DNA of 64,000 nucleotides, from positions 1-64,000 of the forward strand of contig JALDZX010000045.1 in the NCBI GenBank assembly GCA_022813865.1, read 5' to 3'. How positions within the stretch are numbered: the stretch's first letter is position 1; every line of letters begins with the position of its first letter. The position numbers and the translations under genes were made by a program. The DNA is from Xylographa opegraphella. Its lineage: Eukaryota. The notes below the pieces were generated by a model. The model had not been told where the DNA came from, made no database searches, and worked only from the letters and a program-made list of their open reading frames with translations. Below, in pieces: positions 1 to 11,459 of this stretch.

Positions 1-470
1 GTCAAGTTCTCAAGTACTACGCGTGCATTCACTGGGGCCGTGCACGGACCGAGGAACTCTTCTATATCACAGAAGGAGTCGAGCCCGTTAAATACTTTTC
101 CCCTTTCCATGTCATTTCTTTCCCCTGCAGTCGAATCCCCCTCTTTTTCTATTACCTCAAATCCCACCGAGTCACGAGCCACAACGCCAGTAAGAAATAT
201 ACCAATCTACTCGATCCCATAGGCACGAAATCAAAAGTACGAACCAAAAACTTACCCTAAATTTACCTTCATTCAGCAATTCCCCCCCGACTCACCTCAA
301 AACCTTAATTCTAAATTTGAGCCCCCGGCCCGGTTGAACCTTCTAGCGAGCCCTTCCCCTGCCTTGCCGTTCAATGAATAATGTCAAGGATGTCGTCGCC
401 GGGGTATCAACGGCTTTGCTTCGGAAGCCGTGATCACGGTATTTACCTTGTTCCAGAACCCTTAACTTTT

Positions 471-474
471 AACC

Positions 475-540
<66 letters not shown>
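471..540. repeat. (AACCCTC)x10 perfect heptamer tandem repeat, telomere-like
   Basis: 70 nt of exact AACCCTC units read directly; the reverse strand is (GAGGGTT)n. Confidence 0.95.
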
Positions 541-634
541 TCTCCCCCACCCCATCTACCTCTCTCCGCCCCCAACCCCTCACGTCCCCGCACCACCTCC
601 CCAGCCACAGCCCTATACCCTACCCCACACCCTA

Positions 635-670
635 TTCCGCTTCCGCTTCCGCTTCCGCTTCCGCTTCCGC
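635..670. repeat. (TTCCGC)x6 microsatellite
   Basis: Read directly from the sequence. Confidence 0.9.
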
Positions 671-1258
671 GCCCACAGCCGCAACCGGTAGACATCAAGC
701 ACACACCCGCGCGTGGCGGGAAGGGCTCGCGGTGGCACAGCTACCTTATTACAGGTGGGGGAGTACGCGTCGCGCGCAGGACGGACAGCGGGGGGGGGGG
801 GCTTGTAGCGCGTATCGACACGAGGTACGCGTGGTCGTGAGAGCGGGCCGGGGGGGGCGGGAGATGGGGAAAAAATGGAGAGGGGGACGGGCCCGGGGAG
901 GGGGGTGGGCATGATGACTTTAGGAGGCGGTTGTGGATTGGGGGTCGAGAGGATACGGGGGGACTGTGGATGCGGCTTTGGGGGATGGGGGCTTTGTGGA
1001 GCGGGTTTACGTTACGGGGAGGGGTTATGGGTAGCGAAATGATAAGGTAGGTCGTGGGTTATGGAGCGCGTTTTCGGGCTATTTTAGCTGGGATGGATGG
1101 CGAGGGAGAAAGCACCTCTTACTTAGATCAGCTAGGGAATGCGCTGTTCGTAAGACGGAGGTTGACTGATAAGATCCAATCCTGCCAGCTATTCTCATAC
1201 CAAGTCTCTTCTATACTTTCAACTCAGCCAACATTCTCCATCCCGTCCTCCTCCTTCA

Positions 1259-3651
1259 TCATCTCCTTCCCTTCATGCCGCTTTCGTAGCCAGCCTTCCC
1301 AAGTTCGTACCCGCATTCCTCGTCCTCGTCCTCGATATCTTCCTCATCCTCAAAGCCCGGCGGCAACCACGTCATCTGAGACTGTCGCCGCCGTGCAGCT
1401 CGAGATTCGAACCACGTATCACTCGGACGGAGGTCTAGGGGATTGCTGCTTCTGACATTCTGCCCGATATGAACAGTATGGGCACGAGGTTCAAGTCCGT
1501 CGAACCGCGCGGGTTTTCTGAAAGTAAACTTCGGCTTCTGCGGTGCGTGCGCTTGGGTTCCTGCGCCGGGAAAGGAGTTGGAGGGAAGACAAAGAGGATC
1601 TGGGCTGCTGCTGACGGCCGGTTTGGGACTGCTTGTGGTTGTGTTTGGAGCTCGTGGATCAGATAGATGCTCTGACGGTTCAACAGCCAGCGAATCCAAG
1701 GGAGAGTCTCGTCGAATCCTTTCCTGCTCTTCCTCTTCGCCGTTATCATCGAGTCCCTTGTCGTGGCCAAACACGAATCGATACCAAACGCTCTCAGGGT
1801 CTTCCTCCGTCTCTTGCTTTGAAGTCTGAGGATAACTCCCCTGCTGATTTGCCACGGCCCCTTGACCAGTAACTACGCTCGGCTCAGTCGCTCTGATGGG
1901 AGTGACTGGTTGAGGACAGGCTCCCATTAGAAATGATTCATTAGAAGTACGAGCAGGCGAAGATCCTAATGCGCTTGTTAGCGTACGCGGAAGGACAATA
2001 ATTGTGCGTTCGCTATAGTTGTTACCACTGTTGATATCGGGAGCTGGCACAAAACTTCCACGTTGTGTATTCTCTGAACACGAATAGCCAGAATCAAGCA
2101 TCGATGGTGAGCTCAATTGCTCTTCTCCGAGGCCAATCCATTCTCCACACTCGGCAGGATCTGAATCTGTAGCTTTGGTTGTTATTTCTAGGATATCCGA
2201 AGAACGATTACCGATGCCGAGCATATCGTCTGAATGGAATTCTATATCCACAAACCCTCTCCATTCTTCTTCGTTCGAATTAGTCTCAATGATGTCTTCA
2301 TCCTTGCTAGCTTGTGCTGATAAGCTACTCTGCGAAATAGGGATGCTGCTTGCGCTCGTAGTCAATGCAACACTGTTTGAAGTTTGCAGTCGAAGCGGCG
2401 AGGTTAGAAAAATGAGTCTTCCATTTCGTTGTCTCGCGTGACCACGTGGCGAAGGTGGTGACATGATAGCTTCGGCTCTGGGGCGATGCTGGGACGTAGG
2501 TACATGATACTGGGAATTTCCTGGATGCTTTTGGGTAATCCCAGTTGGTACCCTGTCGGTCACCAGTTAGGGACCGACTGCTGCAATTCAGATCGTTATA
2601 TACCAACTGTACAGTGTCTTCAACCACATTGTCAAGTATCTCGATAGCAGATCCTAGGGCGTCCCTACTGGACTCTAGTGGCTCGAAGCTGGATGACGAA
2701 CATGCCGCACTGGGCTCCAATGGCTCAAAGATAGTTGACGAAGCATTCCCATTGCCTTTTGATACCTCGCTGCCGGATAGCATTTCATGTGCAGAATTCC
2801 CATCGATTTGCTTGTCAACGCTGTTAAGCTGAGAGACGTAAGTTCCTCTGGTCGAAGGTTGGCGACCAGTTCTTTGACTTCCATGGATGGAAGTACCAAT
2901 GCGCACACTCACTGCATCCGAGGCGGCCTCTTCCGGGTATCGTGACGTTTCGTATTTTGGTAGTTTCCGGCCCACCGCAAGGTCATCTCTGTCACCTACA
3001 GGCTTCCTTCTCTTGGGATGACGATCATTAATGTTTTCATCGAGCTTACGCCGCCGGCCTATCATTCGGCTTTCCTCGAACGATGTAAAGGTGATTTGCA
3101 GTGGTTTGACAGTTGGTGCAGCCAGCCAACTCGGTCTTCCCAGCAGCTCTAACCGCTTGACTCGCAGCCATTCTACTTCAGGCTTAGATATGAACTTCTT
3201 CGGAAAAATATAGAGTTGTAATTGTATTCTCACCTTCGTCATCAACTGCAGCGAATGGCAAGCCTCCGCTGTGCTTCCATACTGTCTTAGCTTCCCGGCT
3301 GTTCGATACTGGTTTATGAGATCTTCTGCCTAATGTTACGCTCTCCCCGGTGCTACTGTGACGAGACCCCACGGTGGCTAATCTTTGGACAACTGGAGCA
3401 TTACTAGAATCCTCATCGAGCTTCCTTTGAGACTTGCGAGCCCGTATCGGAGGAATATTGCAATTCGGTTCTGGTAGAGATGTTTTGTATCCTGGCTGAT
3501 ACTCTTCGAGGATGGCGAACCGGGGTGGAGAGGGTGCTACATGGCCAGTCTGTGACTTGGCACGAGCTCTTGCAAAATGGGCGCGCTGTTTAGCGTTCGC
3601 AGCTGATCCTGACCGACGAGACTGTTGTAATCTCCCTCCTGTCCAGTTCAT
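1259..3651 (-). CDS. Conserved fungal 'MNWTGG' protein, multi-exon and largely disordered; possible REDIC1/C12orf40/HEIP1-like
   Basis: Three overlapping minus-strand ORFs (3184-3747, 2325-3245, 1259-2563). ATG at 3651 gives MNWTGGRLQQSRR..KQRAHFARAR. Intron ~3232-3177 (GTGAGA..AG) joins ORF1 to ORF2. The second junction is not resolved. Confidence 0.65.
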
Positions 3652-5981
3652 GGTGATCAATATGAGCCTGCTTCTGGAATCTGACTCCGGATTGCAATAC
3701 GGGTGAGGTGAAGTGGATATGAGCTTACAATAAGCTTTCATGCACAATCAGATGTGAAATGTTGACAGTAGACGCCCGATTAAACCACACGGATGGAGAA
3801 TGTACGTGCAACGAAAATGAGTTGGAAATGACCGAAGTATTGGATCGGTTGGTAGACAGTGCAAAGACGATGTATCGGCAGAGATATGGAGAAGCTCAGA
3901 AAAGTGATATGGGTGCCCTAATCAGACACACCTGAAATATGGAAAACGACCTATGCATTCGATGAATGTATGGGTAACAGAGATGGACCAGGGAGGTCCG
4001 ACACTGCTGGACGGGAACAGCATCAGGAACATTGCCCAATGCTCGATGACAGTGATTGACGAATTCGATGACGGCGGTCACGAGATCCTTCAACATGTTG
4101 AAGTGAGGTTGGCAAGGGCTAGGAAGCCCTAAGCGAACGAGAAGGGGAGCTTTCCCCCTCCTTCATGCTCCACTCGAGTCTGCGTCTGTCCCGTTTGGAT
4201 TTACTACAGATGAGGCCTTCGATCCGACTGATCAATGATGTCCGGCCATCAGAGTATATCATCGCACAAGGATAACCATCAACCACCAACGATCCGACGG
4301 CCTCCACCCACTGAGGAAGGATGCGGCATGGTTTGAGTTGGCGCGGGACTGCTGCAGAATAGAGGATGCTTGGAGCCCGAGCCATCCGGACAGACATCAC
4401 CGTGGACGCGAGAGTGCACATGGATGCGGAGTTCAGCGTTATGTGTGCAATTGACCTTCTGTCGAATAATCGGTGGTTATCTCTTTCTCATTAGCTATAC
4501 ACTCCTCGTAATCAAGGCACGTCGTCGAGGCTACAGTGTTTTAGCGCCGATGCCGAAGTTAGTGTTTTCAAGATTACGACGTAGCCAGGTCGTCTTCTTG
4601 GTCAATGGCAGGTTGGGGCCCCCCAGCACCGAAGTTTGATGTCGAAGTCTGCACGACACGCCGGCATGCCGGTCATTCGACCTTATGCACGCGCAGCACG
4701 GGTAGCCCCTTTTCATGCGCTCCGTAGGTTTGTGAAACGCCCAAGCGTGGAGCTCTCTTATCGAGGGTTGGTAGGATGGGCGAGGGGAGATTGGAGCGGC
4801 ATTCGCGCAAGATACGGAAAGCGGACGGGCAGATGGACGGCACCCTGATCTACGACGACACGGCGCAGTTCCCCTCGTACATGAGCTATAGCTGACATGC
4901 ATCCCAAGTCTTCAGACCAAGGCTGACTGGGGGGGTGGTGGCGAAGGAGGGTCGGGAAAGTGAGGCGGATGGGTCGGGAAGGCTCTTCACTGGCCCTCGC
5001 CGCACGGTGCGCCGGCCAAGCGGCGTGCAGAGGGTCGAGCAGACGAGCGTTTGTGATATATCACAAAACCAGCAAACACATGGCGAGCAAGAAAGGAGGC
5101 GAGTCGTCAGCCTGATGCTCACCTCACGTCCTGCAGCTGCGGAGAGCGGGTGGGGGTCCATCGTCTGATCGTCGCAGGTGCAGAAGGGGGCAAGCTTCCT
5201 CGGAATCGGAGTCGGCAAGCCCGAGCGATGATGCCGACCCTCCACGTGTGTTTTGACCTTCGCTTCGTCCAGTTTTCTAGAAGCGGACAGGCATTTGGGG
5301 CGCGATGCAAGCCATGCCGGTTAAGGTGGCAATCTCGGAACCACAGCTTTGGGACGGGCTGGGGTCGGGAGGCTACGACAAGCACGGTCGACGCAAGAGG
5401 TAACAGGAAGGTAAGGTAAGGTAACTCGCATGCGGTAACTGGATGCGATCCTGGAGGATTACTGTCTGCCGAAGGTTTGGTCACTTCATCGAATGGTCAG
5501 AAAGGAAGGGTGCGATTCGTCCACGATTTCAATGAACACTACGGAGTATTTTCGGCGAGCAGGAATACGAAGTACCTCTACCTTGGTACCTACCCGTCTG
5601 CCTTGTCAGCGCGTAATCCAAGCCTGTCAGCGGAAGATACGTCGAGGTGGCAGTAGTAGAGCGACATTCCTGGAGAAGGGCTAGCACCGATTGGGGGAAC
5701 GAGGGATGCGACTTGGAGAGGGGAAGCGCCGGAAAGTCAGCCTTTCGCCCTGGCAGTCGGGACACGTGAGCAGCTGTTCGGACACGATACCGACGCCCAC
5801 CGCTCACAGCTCGTAGCCCATCGAATCACTTCCGTGCCTTCGTGCGGCGCGCGTCAGCCTGGGCGGGAGCGGTGTGAATGAATGACGGCAGCCAGGCGCC
5901 CCAGAGGATGGGAGGCCCCCGACCCAACCGCATGCAGCCAGTAGTTGCCCGGTTCGAAGGTCGACGAAGGCACGACCGTAC

Positions 5982-6076
5982 GAGAGAGAGAGAAAGAGAG
6001 TACGTACTCCCCTTCACCCCACCCCCGCTGCTGTCAGCCGGCCGAGCCAGCGTGGTGGTGTGTGTGTGTGTGTGTG
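5982..6076. repeat. (GA)n and (TG)n microsatellites in the PLC1 upstream region
   Basis: gagagagagagaaagagag at ~5982-6000 and tgtgtg... at ~6059-6076. Confidence 0.85.
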
Positions 6077-6476
6077 GGAGCAGGAATTGAGTTGTGTGCT
6101 CGCAGAGCGCCGAGCAAGCGGGATCCCGGTAGCGGAGAAGGGCTGGCAGCTGGCGTGGAGGCTTGGCGGGTGTGCTTGGCGCCTTGGTTGGCTCCCTCCT
6201 GCCGTTCCTGACTATCTCACAGTCGACGACCACAGACAATCAAAGTGCGCGTAGAAAAGGGCTCCGTCCAAAAGGTGAAAGGCGAGACGAGCACGTTACG
6301 TATGTGCCTCTAAAGTAAGGTCAAGATCTAGTCTGCCGTTGAGCCCGAACGAAGCTGCACCGCATCCAGCTTCGGCGCTCACACGGTCAAGGCACCATTC
6401 GCTCTAGCATGCCGTAGCCCAGTCCGTCAGTCCACCAGTCCGCCAGTCCACACTCTGCCCACCGCTTGACACCTTG

Positions 6477-6535
6477 GGTTTTTCGGCTTTTTGGCTTTTT
6501 GGCTTTTGGGCTTTTTGGCTTTTTGGGTTTTTTTG
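6477..6535. repeat. Imperfect (GGCTTTTT)n tandem repeat, about 6 units
   Basis: ggtttttcggctttttggctttttggcttttgggctttttggctttttgggttttttt. Confidence 0.8.
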
Positions 6536-7231
6536 ACTCGCTCGGCCCGGCTAAAGCTGCAAGCTCCCGTCGCGCCTGCAATCTCGACAAGCAGTTCCGT
6601 AAATTGAATTGATTTTTTTTTTCCATCTTCTTTCCCTTTCCTGTCTTGCCCTGCACCTCACGCCTTCCAACACCCTCGTCACACCCCCATCGCGCGCACC
6701 AACCCCCAAAACTCAAAATTGAACCTGCTGGGCTCTGCTCCCTCCGTTCCCCTTCGAACCACCGCAGACATCAAAAACCCCTCCCTTCTCCACCCCTTCT
6801 ATCCCTCGAACTCAACCCAAGTCTGCACTTCCCCAGTTCTCCAATCCACCGTTCGTCCAGCGCCACACAACGTGGCTCGGTGTGGTCGCACAGCCAGGAT
6901 ATCTACAAAGGCCGAAAAGAGCCGATTGGGTTCTTCCCCTGTCTGCGTCATACCTTCCCCGGACTGCACCGCTGCACCAAAAACAACTGGAGCCGCATCG
7001 GCCTGGCATTTCCATACTTATCCCCCAATCGCCGTGAAAGTGGAGCTCGACCGGCGAGGATTGAGGCATTGGCGGATCGGAGCTCAACTTCACACCCGTG
7101 AAGTTTGATTTTGGTCGTCCAACGCTCTTGCGCGGCTTCCTGCGCACAAAAGAGCACCCGGTCCTTCAGGATAAGTGACCAGCCTCCCCCTCCCCACATT
7201 TATAGGAAAACAATATGCAACAAATCAAGAG

Positions 7232-7318
7232 ATGTCAAACAACATGCTATATGACGGCCATACAACTACCAGCACACCACTGATCATCCGTCGTCTGACC
7301 GCGTTTGCTCCTCACTGA
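7232..7318 (+). promoter_or_regulatory. uORF (28 aa) in frame with PLC1
   Basis: ATG 7232 and ATG 7244, TGA 7316-7318; same frame as the PLC1 ATG at 7358. Confidence 0.6.
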
Positions 7319-7357
7319 GGTTCTTGTCCGACCCGCGCAACCGCGTCCCAGGCAAAA

Positions 7358-10300
7358 ATGACCTCGTCCGTCACCACCAGTCCGAGGCTGCGAAGCAATT
7401 CGGGCCTGTCGAACAGCTCGCGGCCTCGCTCGCCCTTTGCGAGGAAGCCGTCCAAACAACACATTGTGACCACCATCCCGCTCGGCTTCGCGTCCGTGTC
7501 GAGTGTCAGCCCTGGTGCTCCGTCACTGACCACGAGTTCGACCAGCACATCCATTCACTCCTCACCTGAAGGCCCCCGCGGCCGGAACTACCCGCTCTTA
7601 TATTCGCCGACTCCGCTTCAGCTACCCGAATCCACCTTTGGTCCCGCCTACTCTCCCAACTTCTCACCGAGTCAAAATGCCATGAGTGAAGCACTCCATC
7701 AGAGCAAGGGCCCGAGCCTGATGCGACGGATATCGCGAGGTGCCAGCAACACGACGAGCCGCCTGATTCGCCGCCGTCAATCATCCAACAGCATGACCAA
7801 CCGCGACCAGAGCTCGGGGCCCGTGACGATGCGGAGGAGGAGCGGGGCGGAGGTCGATATCGATCCGGGGTCGGAAGGTGACGATGAGGACGTCCGCCAA
7901 GATCCTCTGTCGCTCTGTAGCCTCGAGTCGTCGAACGATTCGGGAATTTCGAGCAGTGCGTCGACCTTGAAGAAGCCCGCGCGCACCGAGGGAGGCATTG
8001 CGCCGATTGTGCCCTCATTGTTGCGCAACGGGACGTCACTCACGAAAGTCACGAAGAAGAAAAGGAAAACCCTGACCTTCGTGCTGGATGTCGAATCGGC
8101 CAAAGTGTCGTGGGATCCGAGCAATACCTCCAAGCGCTTCTACGTGGATGACATCCAGCAGATCCGACTGCGCGACGAGGCGAGGAACTACCGCGAAGAA
8201 TTCCAGATTTCCGATGAATTCGAGAGTCGATGGTTTACGATCGTCTATGCCGATCAAGATCGTGCGAAAGGCAGACCCGTCAAAACAATGCACTTGATAG
8301 CTCCGAGCCAACATTTCTTTGAGCTGTGGACGTCCACCTTGGATGATCTTTCTCGATATCGCCACAACTTGATGAAAGGTCTTGCCGGACCGGGACAAGA
8401 CGAGAAAACCTTGCAGGGGCATTGGAAATGTGAAATGGCCAAGCGCTTTGGTGAAGATCCAGAGATGGGAACATTGAAATGTCTCGATCTGGCGGGCGTC
8501 GAGGCTCTGTGCCGGAATCTACACATCAACTGTTCCAGCCATCTCATCAGGACACAGTTTGAGAAGGCCGACTCCAAAAAGACCGGCGACCTGAGCTTTG
8601 AAGAGTTTAAGGACTTTGTCCGGAGATTGAAAGAACGTGACGACCTGAAAGACATCTACAGAACGCTCGTCAGCACCGACCACGAGGGGCTTGATCTCGA
8701 TAGCTTTCTGGAGTTCCTATCATCTACACAAGGAATCGATGTCAACACGAACCGGATTCACTGGCAAAAGGTTTTTGGTAAATTCGTGCGAAAAGCCTCG
8801 CTAAAGTCACCAACTGTACTCCCAGCTTCGTCGGACGAGTCTCCATTGTATATGAACTTCGAGGCGTTCTGTTCCTTTCTTTTCTCCACTTACAATAGTA
8901 TTGTGCCGACAAAGCCGTCGGAGATCAAGCTTGATCGGCCCATCAACGAGTATTTCGTCTCTAGTTCGCATAACACGTACCTTCTAGGCCGCCAGCTGGC
9001 TGGAAACTCGAGTACAGAACCATACATACGGGCCCTACAGAGAGCATGTCGATGTGTCGAGATCGATTGCTGGGACGGACCTGACGGGAGGCCCATTGTC
9101 TCGCACGGTAGGACTCTCACTACCAGTGTTTTGTTTTCCGATTGCATATCAGCCATCAGCAAGTATGCTTTTGTGGAGTCGCCGTATCCTCTGACCTTGT
9201 CACTCGAGGTTCACTGCAATCCTGGGCAACAGCAAGCCATGGTGGACATTATGGAAAGAGATCTGGGAGAATGGCTCATCAGAGAACCTTACATGAACAA
9301 CACCTTTGTGCTGCCGTCTCCTGAAGATCTCCGAAACAAGATTTTGATCAAAGTCAAAACCGGAGAAGATCCAGCGGACAAGGATCTGGGCGCTGATGTA
9401 CCGAGTGGTCGCAGACAGCGGAGCGCGAGTTCGCCGTGGGCACGCCCGCAAATCCTGGACAACACTTATCTGCCAACTATACCCTTACTGTCCAGCCCGT
9501 CGGCGATGAGCCCGCTAGACTATCCGTCACCCGCGTGGGGTACTGCTCGGGGATCCGCCACAGCTATGAGCCTGAGCAGTGCGACAGACGACAGCGACAA
9601 CGGTCAAATGGGGACACTCAGACCACGAAGGAGAAAGACCAAGAAGAGCAAGATTATAAAATCTCTTGGGAACTTAGCTATCTATACCAGAGGTCTCAAG
9701 TACACTGGTTTCAACGATCCGGAAAGCAAGAGTTATAACCATATCTACTCGCTTGCAGAGCCACACTTTATGGGTATATGCGCAGATGCGGACGCCGAAG
9801 CTCAGCTCGAGAAACACAACATGCGCTACTTAATGAGAGTGTATCCCAACAAGTATCGATTCAGATCTTCCAATCCCGACCCTCTTGCATTTTGGCGCCG
9901 AGGCGTGCAAATGGTGGCACTGAACTGGCAGACGAACGACTGTGGGATGCAAATCAACGAAGCCATGTTCGCCGGTGGTAGCGACCGGACTGGCTTCGTT
10001 CTGAAGCCGGATGAGCTTCGTAAAAGGCACCATACTGCCAATCCCATGTCCGATACTCTCCCGATGGGAAGTACGGGAGTTCACAAGCAGCTGGTACGAT
10101 TTTCTGTCGACATGATTTCCGCGCAACAGCTGCCTCTTCCTCGTGGTTCCAGTTTCGAAGATAGCCTCGACCCTTACATCGAGATCGAAATCTTCAGTGC
10201 AGAAGGAAAGGGCAAAGCCGCTGCCAGTGGGGAAGGTGGGCAAGACGCACCTGCACGAACTGGAATGGCGGTGATCGGCGCAGCGCTTCGGAAACGGACT

Positions 10301-10729
10301 GGGGTGGCGCACAGTAACGGTTACAACCCAATCTTCAACGACAAGTTCAAGTTTTCGTTGGAAACAAAGTATCCGAGCTTGGTATTTGTCCGCTGGACTG
10401 TGTGGGACTCTCCAGACGGGGTCGAGTATGACAAGAACAAAAATGCGCTCCCGCTGGCGACCTTCACCGCCAAGCTGAATAGCCTGCAGCAGGGATATCG
10501 ACATCTCCCTCTTTACGACCACAACGGCGATCAATTTCTCTTCTCCACGCTCTTTTGCAGGATCGTCAAAGAAGAACCGGCGATCATCGAAGGGGAGCAC
10601 ACGTCCGCAGAGAAGGTGGGCAGGTTCAAGCAACTGAGCAAAGCCGTTCTCAAACGGACCATGTCCATCGATCGCAAGCGACCGAAAGAGAGACTCCGAC
10701 AGCAGCTCCCGTCAGAGGGCAATAGCTAG
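7358..10729 (+). CDS. PLC1: Phosphoinositide-specific phospholipase C (PH, EF-hand, X/Y catalytic boxes, C2)
   Basis: 1123-aa intronless ORF; X-box YFVSSSHNTYL..CRCVEIDCWDG..LSLEVHC; Y-box LMRVYP..SSN..WRRGVQMVALNWQT; C2 GYRHLPL. Confidence 0.97.
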   Translation: MTSSVTTSPRLRSNSGLSNSSRPRSPFARKPSKQHIVTTIPLGFASVSSVSPGAPSLTTSSTSTSIHSSPEGPRGRNYPLLYSPTPLQLPESTFGPAYSPNFSPSQNAMSEALHQSKGPSLMRRISRGASNTTSRLIRRRQSSNSMTNRDQSSGPVTMRRRSGAEVDIDPGSEGDDEDVRQDPLSLCSLESSNDSGISSSASTLKKPARTEGGIAPIVPSLLRNGTSLTKVTKKKRKTLTFVLDVESAKVSWDPSNTSKRFYVDDIQQIRLRDEARNYREEFQISDEFESRWFTIVYADQDRAKGRPVKTMHLIAPSQHFFELWTSTLDDLSRYRHNLMKGLAGPGQDEKTLQGHWKCEMAKRFGEDPEMGTLKCLDLAGVEALCRNLHINCSSHLIRTQFEKADSKKTGDLSFEEFKDFVRRLKERDDLKDIYRTLVSTDHEGLDLDSFLEFLSSTQGIDVNTNRIHWQKVFGKFVRKASLKSPTVLPASSDESPLYMNFEAFCSFLFSTYNSIVPTKPSEIKLDRPINEYFVSSSHNTYLLGRQLAGNSSTEPYIRALQRACRCVEIDCWDGPDGRPIVSHGRTLTTSVLFSDCISAISKYAFVESPYPLTLSLEVHCNPGQQQAMVDIMERDLGEWLIREPYMNNTFVLPSPEDLRNKILIKVKTGEDPADKDLGADVPSGRRQRSASSPWARPQILDNTYLPTIPLLSSPSAMSPLDYPSPAWGTARGSATAMSLSSATDDSDNGQMGTLRPRRRKTKKSKIIKSLGNLAIYTRGLKYTGFNDPESKSYNHIYSLAEPHFMGICADADAEAQLEKHNMRYLMRVYPNKYRFRSSNPDPLAFWRRGVQMVALNWQTNDCGMQINEAMFAGGSDRTGFVLKPDELRKRHHTANPMSDTLPMGSTGVHKQLVRFSVDMISAQQLPLPRGSSFEDSLDPYIEIEIFSAEGKGKAAASGEGGQDAPARTGMAVIGAALRKRTGVAHSNGYNPIFNDKFKFSLETKYPSLVFVRWTVWDSPDGVEYDKNKNALPLATFTAKLNSLQQGYRHLPLYDHNGDQFLFSTLFCRIVKEEPAIIEGEHTSAEKVGRFKQLSKAVLKRTMSIDRKRPKERLRQQLPSEGNS

Positions 10730-11459
10730 GCTGGTACCTGGTGCACGCTTGCATTTATGGGGGGTGGTGCTTCTGTTTTGGCATTTTGGCATTTCCTCGT
10801 GTACGATATTATACCCCTCGTCTATCGGAAACCGGCGTCAGTTTGGGGTAGTCTCGGTTAGCTCGCGTGCAACGACGAAGCGTGGAAGCTCCTCGCTTGG
10901 GTTCGACAACCCTTTTACGTCATGCCTGTCTGCCCCTAGTCGCGAAAAATTGCTCAGCTGGCCTTCTGAGCGTTTCCGACCTATGCATACACATCCCATC
11001 ATTTTTGCATTGGAAGCCGGGTTATGCTTGGGGGGCATTGGACGGGTTTTCGTCCTCGTGGGATATGGGGTCATCTTTTCGTGCAGAGTGCCAGTGCGGT
11101 CTTGCTGCAGAGCTTTTTTCGGATAGTTTCTCTTTGCGAGGGATGGGGGGGGTTTGGAGTGTATTTATAATTTGGTATTGGATCGAGCAAATGGTATTCA
11201 TAAATTGTGGATTTTGGTTTCATTTCGCCCGTAGGGTCATCACGTGCTTTGGCTGGACGTCTATCGGTCGTTTGTCTATGGCTCCATTCTTCGTCCCATC
11301 CACATTTCCCCCTCCGCCAACGGAGCGTGCAGCTCAGGCTCGCTTCGCGGCTGTCGACGCTTTTGGAAGCGAATATCCCGAGAAACCGCCCTCCAAGCTC
11401 CAGCGCTATGCCACACATCCCCACGCACAGGGGGCCACCCACCCTCTCCCCATCCTCCC

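Noticed and set aside
381..914. 177-aa and 99-aa ORFs with NPQPSTL and RK/AS repeats
   Set aside because: They translate microsatellites; a small real gene near 613-860 cannot be excluded but is not supported
3750..6700. Many 60-140 aa ORFs in the long intergenic region upstream of PLC1
   Set aside because: GC-rich non-coding DNA, mostly non-ATG starts, with no codon bias, motifs or transposon signature
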